Position numbers and translations under genes: made by a program. From the human T2T-CHM13v2.0 reference genome, Homo sapiens, in the NCBI RefSeq assembly GCF_009914755.1, contig NC_060935.1: a stretch of 64,000 nucleotides of DNA, one strand, 5' to 3'. A model generated the notes under the pieces. That model saw only the letters and a list, made by a program, of their open reading frames with translations. It did not search any database and was not told where the DNA came from. Positions 42,068 through 54,700 of this stretch are shown here, in pieces (positions within the stretch are counted from its first letter, which is position 1; every line of letters begins with the position of its first letter).

Positions 42068-43924
42068 CTATTCCCCATTTAGTATAATGTTGGCTGTGGG
42101 TTTGTCATAAATGGCTTTTATTACATTAAGGTATGTCCCTTCTATGCCGATTTTGCTGAGGGTTTTAATAAAAAAGGGATACTGGATTTTTGTCAAATGC
42201 TTTTTCTGCATCTATTGAGATGATCATATGATTTTTGTTTTTGATTTTGTTTATGTGATGTATCACATTTCTTGACTTGCGTATATTAAACCAGCCCTGC
42301 ATCCCTGGTATGAAACTCACTTGATCATGGTTGGATTATCTTTTTGATATGCTGTTGGATTCAGTTAGCTATCATTTTGTTGAGGATTTTTGCATCTATG
42401 TTCATCAGGGATATTGGTCTGTAATTTTATTTTTTGGTTATGTCCTTTCCTGGTTTTGGTGTTAGGGTGATACTGGCTTCATAGAAAGATTTAGGGAGAA
42501 TTCTCTATTTCTCTATCATTTGTAATAGTTTCAGTGGGATTGGTACTAATTCTTCCTTGAATGTCTGATAGAATTCAACTGTGAATCTGTCCGTGCCTGG
42601 ACTTTTTTGGTTGGCAATTTTTTAATTATCATTTCAATTGGGCTGCTTGTTATTAGTCTGTTTAGAGTTCCTTTTTCTTCCTGGTTTAATCTAGGAGGGT
42701 TGTATATTTCCAAAAATTTATCCATCTCCTCTAGCTTTTCTACTTTGTGTGTGTAAGGGTATTCATAATAGCCTTGAATGGTCTTTTGTATTTCTGTGGT
42801 ATCACCTATAATATCTCCCATTTCATTCTTTTTTATTATTATTATGCTTTAAGTTCTAGGGTACATGTGCACAATGTGCAGGTTTGTTACATATGTATAC
42901 ATGTGCCATGTTGGTGTGCTGCACCCATTAACTCGTCATTTACATTAGGTATATCTCCTAATGCTATCCCTCCCCCCTCCCCCCACCCCACAACAGGCCC
43001 AGGTGTGTGATATTCCCCTTCCTGTGTCCAAGTATTATCATTGTTCAATTCCCACCTATGAGTGAGAACATGCAGTATTTGGTTTTTTGTCCCTGCGATA
43101 GTTTGCTGAGAATGATGGTTTCCAGCTTCATCCATGTCCCTACAAAGGACATGAACTCATCCTTTTTTATGGCTGCATAGTATTCCATGGTGTATATATG
43201 CCACATTTTCTTAATCCAGTCTATCATTGATGGACATTTGGGTTGGTTCCAAGTCTTTGCTATTGTGAATAATGCCACAATAAACATACATTTGCATGTG
43301 TCTTTATAGCAGCATGATTTATAATCCTTTGGGTATATACCCAGTAATGGGATGGCTGGGTCAAATGGTATTTCTGGTTCTAGATCTAGATCTTTGAGAA
43401 TCAATATCGTGAAAATGGCCATACTGCCCAAGGTAATTTATAGATTTAATGCCATCCCCATCAAGCTACCAATGACTTTCTTCACAGAATTAAAGTTCAT
43501 ATGGAACTAAAAAAGAACCTGCATTGCCAAGACAATCCTAAGCCAAAAGAGCAAAGCTGGAGGCATCATGCTGCCTGACTTCAAACTACACTACAAGGCT
43601 ACAGTAACCAAAACAGCATGATACTGGTACCAAAACAGAGATACAGACCAATGGAACAGAACAGAGCCCTCAGAAATAATACTACACATCTGCAACCATC
43701 TGATCTTTGACAAACCTGACAAAAACAAGCAATGGGGAAAGGATTCCCTATTTAATAAATGGTGCTGGGAAAACTGGGTAGCCATATGGAGAAAGCTGAA
43801 ACTGGATCCCTTCCTTACACCTTACACAAAAATTAATTCAAGATGGATTAAAGACTTAAATGTTAGACCTAAAACCATAAAAACCCCAGAAGAAAACCTA
43901 GACAATGCCATTCAGGCCATAGGC

Positions 43925-44324
43925 ATGGGCAAGGACTTTATGTCTAAAACACCAAAAGCAATGGCAACAAAAGCCAAAATTGACAAGTGGGATCTAATTA
44001 AACTAAAGAGCTTCTGCACAGCAAAAGAAACTACCATCAGAGTGAACAAGCAACCTACAGAATGGGAGAAAATTTTTGCAATCTACTCATCTGTCAAAGG
44101 GCTAATATCCAGAAGCTACAAAGAACTCAGACAAATTTACAAGAAAAAAACAAACAACCCCATCAAAAAGTGGGCAAAGTATATAAACAGACACTTCTCA
44201 AAAGAAGACATTCATGCAGCCAACAGACACATGAAAAAATGCTTGTCATCACTGGCCATCAGAGAAATGCAAATCAAAACCACAATGAGATACCATCTCA
44301 CACCAGTTAGAATGGCGATCATTA
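43925..44324 (+). pseudogene. L1 ORF2 C-terminal remnant (inverted segment)
   Basis: [40 protein letters not shown]...[13 protein letters not shown]; interrupted by an Alu. Confidence 0.9.
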
Positions 44325-44631
44325 GGCCAGGCGCAGTGGCTCACGCCTGAAATCCCAGTACTTTGGGAGGCTGAGGCAGGCGGATCACGAGGTCAGGAGA
44401 TCGAGACCATCCTGGCTAACATGATGAAACCCTGTCTCTACTAAAAATACAAAAAAATTAGCTGGGCGTGGTGGCAGGTGCCTGTAGTCCCAGCTACTCA
44501 GGAGGCTGAGACAGGAGAATGGCATGAACCCAGGAGGCAGAGCTTGCAGTGAGCTGAGATCGTGCTACTCCACTCCAGCCTGGGGACAGAGCGAGACTCC
44601 GTCTCAAAAAAAAAGAAAAGAAAAGAAAAAA
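44325..44631 (+). mobile_element. AluY inside the inverted L1PA segment
   Basis: GAGATCGAGACCATCCTGGCTAAC, GAGCTTGCAG; perfect TSD AGAATGGCGATCATTA at 44309-44324 and 44632-44647. Confidence 0.95.
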
Positions 44632-45593
44632 AGAATGGCGATCATTAAAAAGTCAGGAAACAACAGGTGCTGGAGAGGATGTGGAGAAATACGAACATTT
44701 TTACGCTGTTGATGGGACTGTAAACTGGTTCAACCATTGTGGAAGACAGTGTGGCAATTCCTCAAGGATCTAGAACTAGAAATATCTCCCATTTCATTCT
44801 TAATTGAACCTATTTGGAGCTCTCTTCTTTTTTTTGGTTAACCTCACTAATGGTCTATTGATTTTGTTTATCTTTTCAAAGAACCACCTTTTGTCTCATT
44901 TATCTTCTGTAATTTTTTTTGTTTCAATTTCATTTAGTTCTGCTCTGATCTTTGTTCTTTCATTTCTTCTGCTGGGCTTGGGTTTGCTTTGTTTTTGTTT
45001 CTCTAGTTCCTTTAGGTGTGACCTTAGATTGTCTATTTGTGCTCTTTCAGACTTTTCAATGTAGGTATTTAATGCTATGAACTTTCCTCTTAGCACTGCT
45101 TTCGTTGTATCCCAGAGTTTTTGGTAGGTTGTATCACTATTATTGTTCAGTTCAAGGAATTTTAATTTCCATCTTGATTTCATTGTTGACCCAGAGATCA
45201 TTCAGGAGCAGATTATTTAATTTCTATGTATTTGCATGGTTTTAAGGGTTCCTTTTGGAGTCAATTTCCAATTTTATTCTGCTTTGGTCTGAGAGAATCC
45301 TTGATATAATTTCAGTTTTCAGAAATTTGTTGAGACTTGTTTTGTGGCCTATTATATGGTCTGTCTTAGAGAATGTTCCATGCACTGATGAATAGAATGT
45401 ATATCTGCAGTTGTTGGGTAGAATGTTCTGTACATATCTGTTAAGTTTAGTTGCTCTAGGGTATAGTTTAAGTCCATTGTTACTTTGCTGACTTTCTGTC
45501 TTGACTTGTCTAGTGCTATCAGTGGAGTATTGAAGTCCCCCACTATTATTGTGTTGCTGTCTATCTCATTTCTTAGGTCTAGAGGTAATTGTT

Positions 45594-46010
45594 TTACAAA
45601 CCTAGGAGCTCCATTGTTAGTACATATATATTTAGAATTGTGATATTTTCCTGTTGGACTAATCCTTTTACCATTATATAATGTCCCTCTTTGTCTTTTT
45701 TAACTATTGTTGCTTTAAAGTCTGTTTTGTCTATAGCTACTCCTGCTCGCTTTTGTTGTCCATTTGCATAGACTGTCTTTTTCCACCCCTTTACCTTAAG
45801 TTTATGTGAGTCCTTATGTGTTAGGTGAGTCTCTTGAAGACAGCAGATACTTGTCTGCTGTTGGTGAATTCTTATCCATTCTGATATTCTTTCTCTTTTA
45901 AGTGGAGTACTTAGGCCATTTACTTTCAATGTTAGTATTGAGATGTGAGGTCCTATTCTGTTCCTCGTGCTAGTTGTTGCCTGAATACCTTGTGGGGTTC
46001 TTTTTTTCAT
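45594..46010 (-). pseudogene. L1 ORF2 APE endonuclease remnant
   Basis: HISILTLKVNGL...ICCLQETHL...LKVKGWK...KDKEGHYIMVKG. Confidence 0.9.
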
Positions 46011-46579
46011 TGTGTTACTGTTTTATAGGCCCTGTGGGATTTATGCTTTTTGGAAGTTCTATTTTGGTGTATTTCAAGGTTTTTTTTTTTCAAAATTTAG
46101 AACTCCTTTTAGCAGTTGTTGTAAGTGCTGGCTTGGTAGTGGTGAATTGTCTCAGCATTTCTTTGTCTAAAAAAGACTATCTTTCCTTCATTTATGGAGC
46201 TTAGTTTCACTGGGTACAGGATTCTTGGCTGATAATTGTTTTGTTTAATCAGGCTAAAGCTAGGACCACTCCCTTCTAGCTTGCAGGGTTTCTGCTGAGA
46301 AATCCGCCGTTAATCTGATAGGTTTTCCTTTATAGGTTACCTGATGCTTTTGCCTCACAGCTGTTAAGATTATTTCCTTCATCTTGACTTCAGATAACCT
46401 GTTGACTATGTGTCTAGGTGATTATCTTTTTGTGATGAATTTCCCAGGTGTTCTTTGAGCTTCTTCTCTTTCAATGTCTAGGTCTCTAGCAAGGCCAGGG
46501 AAGTTTTCCTCAGTTATTCCCTCAAATACGTTTTCCAAAATTCTGGATTTCTCTTCTTACTCAGGAATACCAATTACTC

Positions 46580-46837
46580 TTAGGTTTGGTGGTTTAACAT
46601 AATCCCAAACTTCTTGGGGGCTTTGTTCAATTTTTTTTTTCTTTTTTCTTTGTCTTTGTCAGATTGGGTTAATTTGAAAGCCTTGTCTTCGAGCTCTGAA
46701 GTTCTTTCCTCTACTTGTTTGATTCTATTGTTGAAAATTTCCAGTTTATTTTGCATTTCTCTGAGTGTGTCTTTTATTTCCAGAAGTTGTAATTGTTTTT
46801 CATTGATGATATTTACTTCTAAGGAGACTTTTTTCAT
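46580..46837 (-). pseudogene. L1 ORF1 coiled-coil remnant
   Basis: LLEIKDTLREMQNKLEIFNNRIKQVEERTSELEDK. Confidence 0.8.
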
Positions 46838-48816
46838 TCATATCCTATATTACTTTTTAAATTTCTTTAAATTGGTTTTCACCTTTCTCTGGTGCCTCCA
46901 TGAGTAGCTAAACAATTGAGCTTCTTAGATCTTTTTCTGGCAGTTTAGTGATTTCTTCTTGATTTGGATCCATTGCTGGTGAGCTAGTGTGATCTTTTGT
47001 GGATGATAAAGAACCTTGCTTTGTCATATTACCAGAATTGTTTTTCTGGTTCCTTCTCATTTGGGTAGACTCTGTCAGAGGAAGGATTGGGGGTTCAAGG
47101 GCTGCTGTTCAGATTCTTTTGTCCCACAGGGTGGTCCCTTGATGTGGTGCTCTCCCTCTTCCCCTAGGGATGGGGCTTCCTGAGAGCCAGACTGCATGAT
47201 TGTTATTGCTCTTCTGGGTCTAGCCACCCAGTGGAGCTACTGGACTCCAGGCTGGTGCTAGGGAGTGCCTGCAGAGAGTCAAAGAGTCCTGTAATGTGAT
47301 CCATCTTCACGTCTCTCAGCCGTGGATACCAGCACCTGCTCAGGTGGAGGTAGCAGGGGAGTGAAGTGGACTCTGTCCTTGGTTGTAATTTTGTATAGTC
47401 CGCTGGTTTTCACAAATGCTGCTTGTGCTCCCGATTGGTTGGACTCCAGCAAGGAGGTGATGCTTTCAAGAGAGCATCAGCTGATACAACCTAAGGTCGC
47501 CTGGATAAGTATTTGGGTTTCTCAGGCCATAGGCAGTGCCATAGAGCTCCTAAGAGATTATGTCTTTTGTCTGAATTCAGAGTTTTTGTTTTTTGGCTGT
47601 CTCATGGAGTTTGCAGTGGCAAGCCACTTCCTTCAAAGATTCTGTGAAATCTTGTGGCTTTCCTGCTGTGTTCCTGTGGTGGTTTTTGGAGCTAAAGTTC
47701 ACGATGTGAGTTTCTACATGCTGTTCTGTCCTTCTGAGTGGGAGCTGCAAGTTAGTCCTGCCTCCTCACCACCATTTTTCCCTATTTTCAGTTTTTTGAT
47801 GCTACCACAGTTTTATACCACTTTGTTCTCAATCCCTCAGTCTCATCCTGCAGAAGCCCTTGCCTCCAACTCTATGGAGAAGAATTAAGGCCTCCCAGTG
47901 AGAGTTTCTTCAACCTCTTCTCCACCCCAGGATTTCAGTTTCCCACTGTTCCCCTCCCCGCCGCCAGCCCAACTGCTGAGGGTTCTCTCCTGGAACCTGC
48001 CACACTTCTTTGACCTCCATGGTTCATCTGCCCAGTGGTCTTCCCACCTCCTCATTCCGTCGTACGCCAAATCCATCCTACACTCAGTGTCATATTTGTT
48101 TTTCTCAGTTGTTACCTCTCCCACTCAAACCCCTTCCAAATGCCCCTTTTGAGTAAGCTCCTCACCATGGCATTCAGAGCCGTGCATTTGAGTCCAGTGG
48201 ACATATACCCCACCTCTATGCCCCATCAAAACTGGATTGTTGATCATTACCCAAAAAGATCTTGCAGTTTCTCTCCTTCCACTGACCAGCGCTAATTCCC
48301 TTCACATGAAATATTCTGTCTCCATCTCCACTTGCTAAAGTTGTTTCCATCCTTCAAGACTCAAATACCACCTACCTGATGAATCATGAGCTGATTTTCA
48401 CTTCTGTGCCAGAGACCCTCCCATCCCTCCTGCCTTTGAACATCCATAGCATGTAATTTATACTGCTTTTCCATCACTTATGGTGGAGAACTTGTATTCC
48501 TGACACTTGCCTACCTTGATTTGTCCACCAATTTGATTGTAAGTGTCTTGAGGTCATAGAAGTAAAAGCATGCCTTGTTACCCAGAGTATGGGCTGTCTG
48601 CCTTTGCTATCAGAAGCCGTCCTTAATTGTGAACTGCATTGAATTCTCAACAGAGCAGGACCTGTCTCTGTAATTTAATCTTTTCCCTGACTTGAACAAC
48701 AATGAAGCAGGGAGACAGAATGCTCTGGCTGACATGGGAATCCCAGGGTGTTCACTAAGTACACATTCTTGTTCTGCATCCCTGGAGATTCCGAATGAAA
48801 AGGTAGAGCCCAGATA

Positions 48817-49145
<329 letters not shown>

Positions 49146-49335
49146 TCAGCTCAGAAGTTCATTGCTACTAAAACACCTTGTGAGAACCACTGGGGCAGTG
49201 GACCAAATAAAGTTGAGTTTGAATCCAGTTCTTCAGTTCCCTAGTTGTGCAGACCTAAGCAGCCTCCTCATCTGTAAAATGGGATAATACTTGCCTTTTT
49301 AGGCCACTGCAGGGAGTGAATAAAACAACGGATGT

Positions 49336-49650
49336 AGCTGAGCTCGGTGGCTCATGCCTATAATTCCAGCACTTTGGGAGGCTGAGGCAGGAGGATGGCT
49401 TGAACCCAGGAGTTTGATGCCAGCCTGGGCAACACAGGGAGACCCCCATCTGTACAAAAAAATAAAAAATTAGCCGGACATGGTAGCCTGTGCTTGCCTG
49501 TGGTCCTAGCTACTTGGGAGGCTGAGGTCGGAGGCTTGCTTGAACCCAGATCGAGGCCATAGTAAGCCGTGATCACACCACCGCACTCTAGCCTAGACAA
49601 CAGAGCAAAACCCTGTCTCAAAAAAATAAATAATCAAAACAAACAAAAAA
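49336..49650 (+). mobile_element. AluJ inserted in a MIR
   Basis: J diagnostics; flanks AAAACAAC(GG/AT)ATGTA. Confidence 0.88.
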
Positions 49651-49949
49651 CAACATATGTAAAATGGCCAGCCCAACGCACAGATCAGGGTAGATGCTGT
49701 GTCAGTTTTCTTCCCAAAGTGCCACATTCAGTTCTGCATCCTGGTTCCAGGGGGTTCCTACCTGCCTCGGTACACTATCATTTTTCCTCATCCTCAGCAT
49801 TAGTTGAAGGTCTCTTCCATCCTAAGTCAGCAGCTCTTCTTCAGCTGGGATTTGTCTGCCTCTTCACTCTCTTCTGCTTGTGGCCCAGAGGACCTGAGTT
49901 GCAGAGGTCACAACTGCTGTGCTGGCTTTCTTAGAACACCCTTTCTGTT

Positions 49950-50640
49950 GGGCCATTTACTCAACATACACTTGTTGAGTGTCTGCCCTGTGGCAGATTC
50001 TGTCTTAGAGACTGGATGTACAGCAGTGAATACAATGAGCCCAAATCCCTGTCTTCATGGACGTATAGTCTAGAGGCACTGTACATGTAGAAGTAAGTAG
50101 GAAGGTGCTCAAGGAGGCCTGCGAGGAGAGTGGCGGGAGCTGGGGACAGCTGAAGACAGGAGGCGTGTGCCAGACAGTGAAGCCTTATGAGGCATTGAAG
50201 GGACTTTTGCCTCTACTCTGGGTGACACGGAGCGCATGGACAGTTTTGAGTGGAGGAGTACCCTCATGTGGCTCATATTTTGACAGGATCATCTGGCTGC
50301 TGTGTTGAGAATAGACTGCAGAGGGTAGTGGTGGACATGAGGAAGCAGATGGGAGACTCTGGCTGTAATAAGGGGTAGGTGGAGGTTGGGGGTGGGGTGC
50401 GGATGGTGGCCAAGGCCAGCGTGTGCCAATTGGTGTGGTAAGAACGGTCAGTGCGGGCCATGCTTGGAAAGTAGAGACCATTGGAATTGCTTGTGGATTT
50501 GATGTAGAGTGTGAGAGAATCGCTAAGGATGGCACCAAGGTTTTTGGCCTAAAGAAATGGAAGGACGGAGCTACCAGTAACAGAGATGGGGCAGGGGCAC
50601 ACATTGCAGAAAGAACACATCAGGAACTCAGCTAGGGATA
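49950..50640 (-). mobile_element. L2 fragments
   Basis: CATTTACTCAACATACACTTGTTGAG..., GGATCATCTGGCTGCTGTGTTGAGAATAGACTG..., AAGGATGGCACCAAGGTTTTTGGCCT. Confidence 0.75.
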
Positions 50641-53359
50641 TATTACCTCCTGAAATTCAGTGTGGCCTTGGGTAGCTGATCTCGGGCAGAGATTGGTGAC
50701 TCTTGTCCCCGTGTGTGGCTCAATGTTAACTTTTTAACGATCAGATGCTGACCTCTCCCAATAAAATGTATTAACTGCTGGCACCACTTCAAAACTCTGG
50801 CTAGTCTTTAAAATAACTAGTTAGCTTTCATTACAAAAGTAATACCTACACATGGTAAAAAAAAAAAAAAATTCTAAGAATTACAGGACTAAGGTGAAAA
50901 AATAAGCCTTCCTCACTACCCCTGCTTATTGTTCTCTGTCTTTTTGCAGCTATTTTTCCACAAATTACTGTGTCCTGAGCCCTGAGCTAATTAAGTGCTG
51001 GATAAGCATCACCTCCCAGTAATCCTGTTATCAGCCTTTGAAATGTAGGTAGCTTTATTATCCACATTTTGCAGATGAGGAAACAGAGTCAGGTGAAGTG
51101 TCTTTTCCAAGGCCAAGCTCCTGAGGGCAGGGGCTCAAGCTTAGGCCTTCAGACTCCAAAGTCCAGACCGTCCCTGGGAACAAGCACCCTAGGTTTTCAC
51201 ATGGAGCCTCCGAAACGCCTCTGGCATCTCCTGCTGTGGGGTTGGATATGAGCTGTCTTATATAGACCCTACCTAAATTAAATTAAAATCGACTAATTAA
51301 ATGTGGCCTCTTTGAATACACTGCCGTATTTCTAATTACAGCTTTCCTTCTCTCCTGAGAAGGCAGCCCAACATTGTTTCTGAAAAGGTCCTCAATTACT
51401 AATGGTTGGATAACATTTTGAAAATGTAAGTGTCATTAAATTGTTAGTTAGAAGGCCCTGAGTGGGGATGAGAGGATGGAAGTCAGTTGTCAACCGTCTC
51501 CTCTCTCTCTCTGTTTCTGTCTCTGTCTCTCACACTTTCTCTCTCTCACTGTTTCTCTCTCTGTAATACACATATGCACATCCTTATCTCACAATTGACC
51601 CAAAGCATCAGAAATAAAAAGTCAGACTGAGTGACCTTAGCTGCTAGGAAGCATCTTATTGTGCCTTCCCTCCCTCTCTGACTTTGGCCTTGACACTGAT
51701 CTGAGCCTGCAGATAACAGAAAGGAGGAGCTTATCTAGACAGGAGTGGTGGAAGTAGCCAGTAACAAATCATTGAAGTGAGGAGAATGAAGGTAAAGAAA
51801 TTGATCAGCTTTAAATAGGAGGTGACTCCGCATTCCTCTTGCTTGGAAATGATCCCCAGGATGGAATTGTGTCCAGGGTGTGAGGTTGTTTGTGAATCAG
51901 TCCTTTCCAGATAGAATATATGAGGCTTGAAACTACATAGTGCTTATCACCAAGAGGTATATAGGTTTGTCAGAGCAAGAAGACCACTCTCCCCTCCACC
52001 TGCCCCCGCAAAAAAAAAGAAAGGTAGTATAGAGACTTAGAAAGTAGAGAAATATAGGTAGAAGTACAGTACCTTTGAGTGACCTTCAGAATTCGGTCCT
52101 CTTGGCTCAAAATTTTGGCATCATTTCAACAAACTATTTTTTTTCTCTCCTCATTTGATTTCCCCTTCAAGAAGACAGGGAGTGAGTGGGCTCCAATCTT
52201 GGCAACGTTGGCTGCTTATTAGAGCATTTGCAGGCCTAGGAGATTTGCTCCTCCTCTTGGTATCTGAAGTTCCACAAGCCCCTTGTTCACTTCCCCTGGA
52301 GTAGGGATTGTGGAATGTTGCCACTCACCTTCAGTTCCCTGTTGAAGCTCTTGCAGACCCCTAATAGTGCATGCTACCGTTCTGCAGAGAAGACCATGAT
52401 GACAAACCACAGACATCCCCCTTCATCTATTGTCTTCTGTGTCTTTGGGAAGGCATTCCTGGAATGACTGGGGGCTGTGTGTCTCAGTTTAATAATGCAA
52501 GCTTTTGGTTTTTGTTAAACACATGCAGAGCCTGATATTAAGCATTAAACCAAGGAGCTAGGCTAAGACAGTTGTGTCAAGAAGTTGTTGTCTTTGAAGA
52601 AGCACAAGGAATTTAAAGGGATGAGGAAACAAGAAGGGGGCCTATCCAGTTGGGACCACAATACAAAATTGAATTTATCATTTATGAATAATGGCTTCTA
52701 GTTTTTGAGTACTTACAGGGTCCCAGGCACTGTAGATGGTGGGACGTAGACGGTGGGATGGTGGGAAGGTGGGAGACCCAGAGAGCTTAAGTGATCCAGC
52801 CCTAGACACACGGTGTTAGTTAACTTTTGGGAGACACTTCACAAGCTGGTGTGAATGAAAGAAAAGCAGCATGTACTTTTACAAACCTTAATTTAAGCAA
52901 AGGTAATAAATTTCAACCTACTCAAAGCAGAACTAGGGTGTGATTACTTGCCTTTGTAAAAGATTTTTTGCTTTGGAAAGTTAGAAATACTGGTTTTCAA
53001 AATATGTTTTGATTTTCCTATCTAAACCTCTATTGGATTAAAGTAAAACATGTTGACCATATTACGTGGAGAAATATTGCACACTCTGTCCAGCTATGCT
53101 GGATGAAAAGGTTGCAGTCAGTGAAGGGTGAAAAACTTAGTCTAGTTTGGACAAGAAGAAAAAATTAACTTCTGAACTTTACCACCTAGATGTCACTACT
53201 CTAATACTTCTCAAAGTATAGATGGACACCACACCTGCTAATATTGCATGTTCCTGGGACTCAACCTAGTCTGAAGAATCAAAAGAGTGGTATTAGAGCC
53301 CCAGAATCCATGTTTTAATAAGCTCCAAAGGTGATTCTGCACCATAATTTGAATTTCCT

Positions 53360-54700
53360 TTAGATCACCTCAATCCATATCTGTTAACCTCTCGTCCATA
53401 TTTTCTCTTTTTGTGTCTCTTTCTGCTGCGTTCTGAATAATTCTTCTTGAGCTATCATTCAGTTCATTTATTCTTTTTTCATCTGTGTCTAATCTACGGT
53501 TAAGTGGGTCCATTGAGTTTTTAATTTTAGCTACAGTATTTTTCACTTCTAGATGTTCTATTTGGTTCTTTTTCCAAATATATTTCATCTTTTTTTTTTT
53601 TTTTTTCCCGAGATGGAGTTTCGCTCTTGTTGCCCAGCCTGGAATGCAGTGGCACATCTCGGCTCACCGCAACCTCCACCTTCCGGGTTCAAGTGATTCT
53701 CCTGCCTCAGCCTCCCGAGTAGCTGGGATTACAGGCATGCGCTACCACACCCAGCTAATTTTGTATTTTTAATAGAGACAGGGTTTCTCCATGTTGGTCA
53801 GTCTGGTCTCAAACTCCCGAGCTCAGGTGATCCACCCACCTTGGCCTCCCAAAGTGCTGGGATTGCAAATGTGAGCCACTGTGTCCAGTCTTCCATCATT
53901 TTTTAATAGTTTACTCTTCCCTGCAGATGGACATATTCAAGCTTTGCTTTTATTTCTTAATAATTTACTAATATGTTCATGAAATTTAGTAATATGTTTA
54001 TGATTAGGTCTGATAATTTTAATATCTGAAGTCTTTACATGTCTATTTCTGATATCTGCTGTTTTTACTGGTCTACTCATGGTATCCTGGATCCTCCAGT
54101 ACTTAGTATTTTTGACTGTATATTACTCATTGTCTTTGAAAAATTATTTTTGGAAATTCATTGAAGACTGTGATAAAAGATGCCTTTCTCCAGAGAGATT
54201 TAGGTTGGCTTCTGACAGGTTCCTAGGAGTACTACCAGTTCAGGACCATTTCAAACCAAGTTTTTGAGGTTCCCTGGACCATCTGAGTAATGCAAGGCCA
54301 AGGTATACAATCCATGAGAAGGCCATCCATGGTGAATAAATCCTTCCACATCTCCCTTGTTGAATTTGTTGCAAAGACAGCCTTCTCCACAGTCCTCTGA
54401 TCTGGAGAAGGTTTATTTCTGGCTCATCCTCACCTTAAAAATTAGCACTTTGGAGTCCAAGCATAACAGAGGGTCTCCTTTAGACTCTCCACTTTGGCCC
54501 TGGATCTTGACTTAATGTTCCTCTCAATTTTTGGCAAAACTGAAACTCAAGTTGGTCTAGCTCACCATTGCCCTTGGAAGAAAATTTGCCTCAATTTTCC
54601 AGATGCTTACCTTTTCCTTTTTTTTACTTTTTTGATGATATTAAGAATCTTAAAAAATATATTTTACTCTAGAATTAGGTTTTTTCCCCAGTAGGGGAGA
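53360..54700 (-). mobile_element. Old L1M ORF1/5' fragment
   Basis: Translation [36 protein letters not shown] is L1M ORF1-like. Confidence 0.7.
53590..53890 (-). mobile_element. AluSp-like element
   Basis: TCGGCTCACCGCAACC, TTTCTCCATGTTGGTCAG. Confidence 0.9.

Larger units (their letters stand above)
42831..44780 (-). mobile_element. 5'-truncated, 5'-inverted L1PA (about PA4-5)
   Basis: Minus-strand 3' end 42831-~43397, plus-strand inverted ORF2 segment ~43398-44784; 21-bp TSD AATATCTCCCATTTCATTCTT at 42810-42830 and 44781-44801. Confidence 0.95.
39494..47781 (-). mobile_element. Near full-length, decayed L1PB1-like LINE-1 containing nested L1PA and Alus
   Basis: 3' end TTCAATAGGTTTTTGGGGAACAGG...; ORF2 and ORF1 remnants in the track; 5'UTR to ~47781; degenerate TSD CTATTTTTAGGTTTTTG (39477-39493) / CTATTTTCAGTTTTTTG (47782-47798); ~6 kb after removing inserts. 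Confidence 0.9.

Noticed and set aside
39494-47781. Potentially active full-length L1
   Set aside because: ORF1 and ORF2 are broken into many short frames and interrupted by inserts.
47322-47888. 188-aa plus-strand ORF antisense to the L1 5'UTR (ORF0-like position)
   Set aside because: GTG start, runs out of a decayed L1PB 5'UTR, no recognisable similarity; ORF0 is described for younger L1PA elements.
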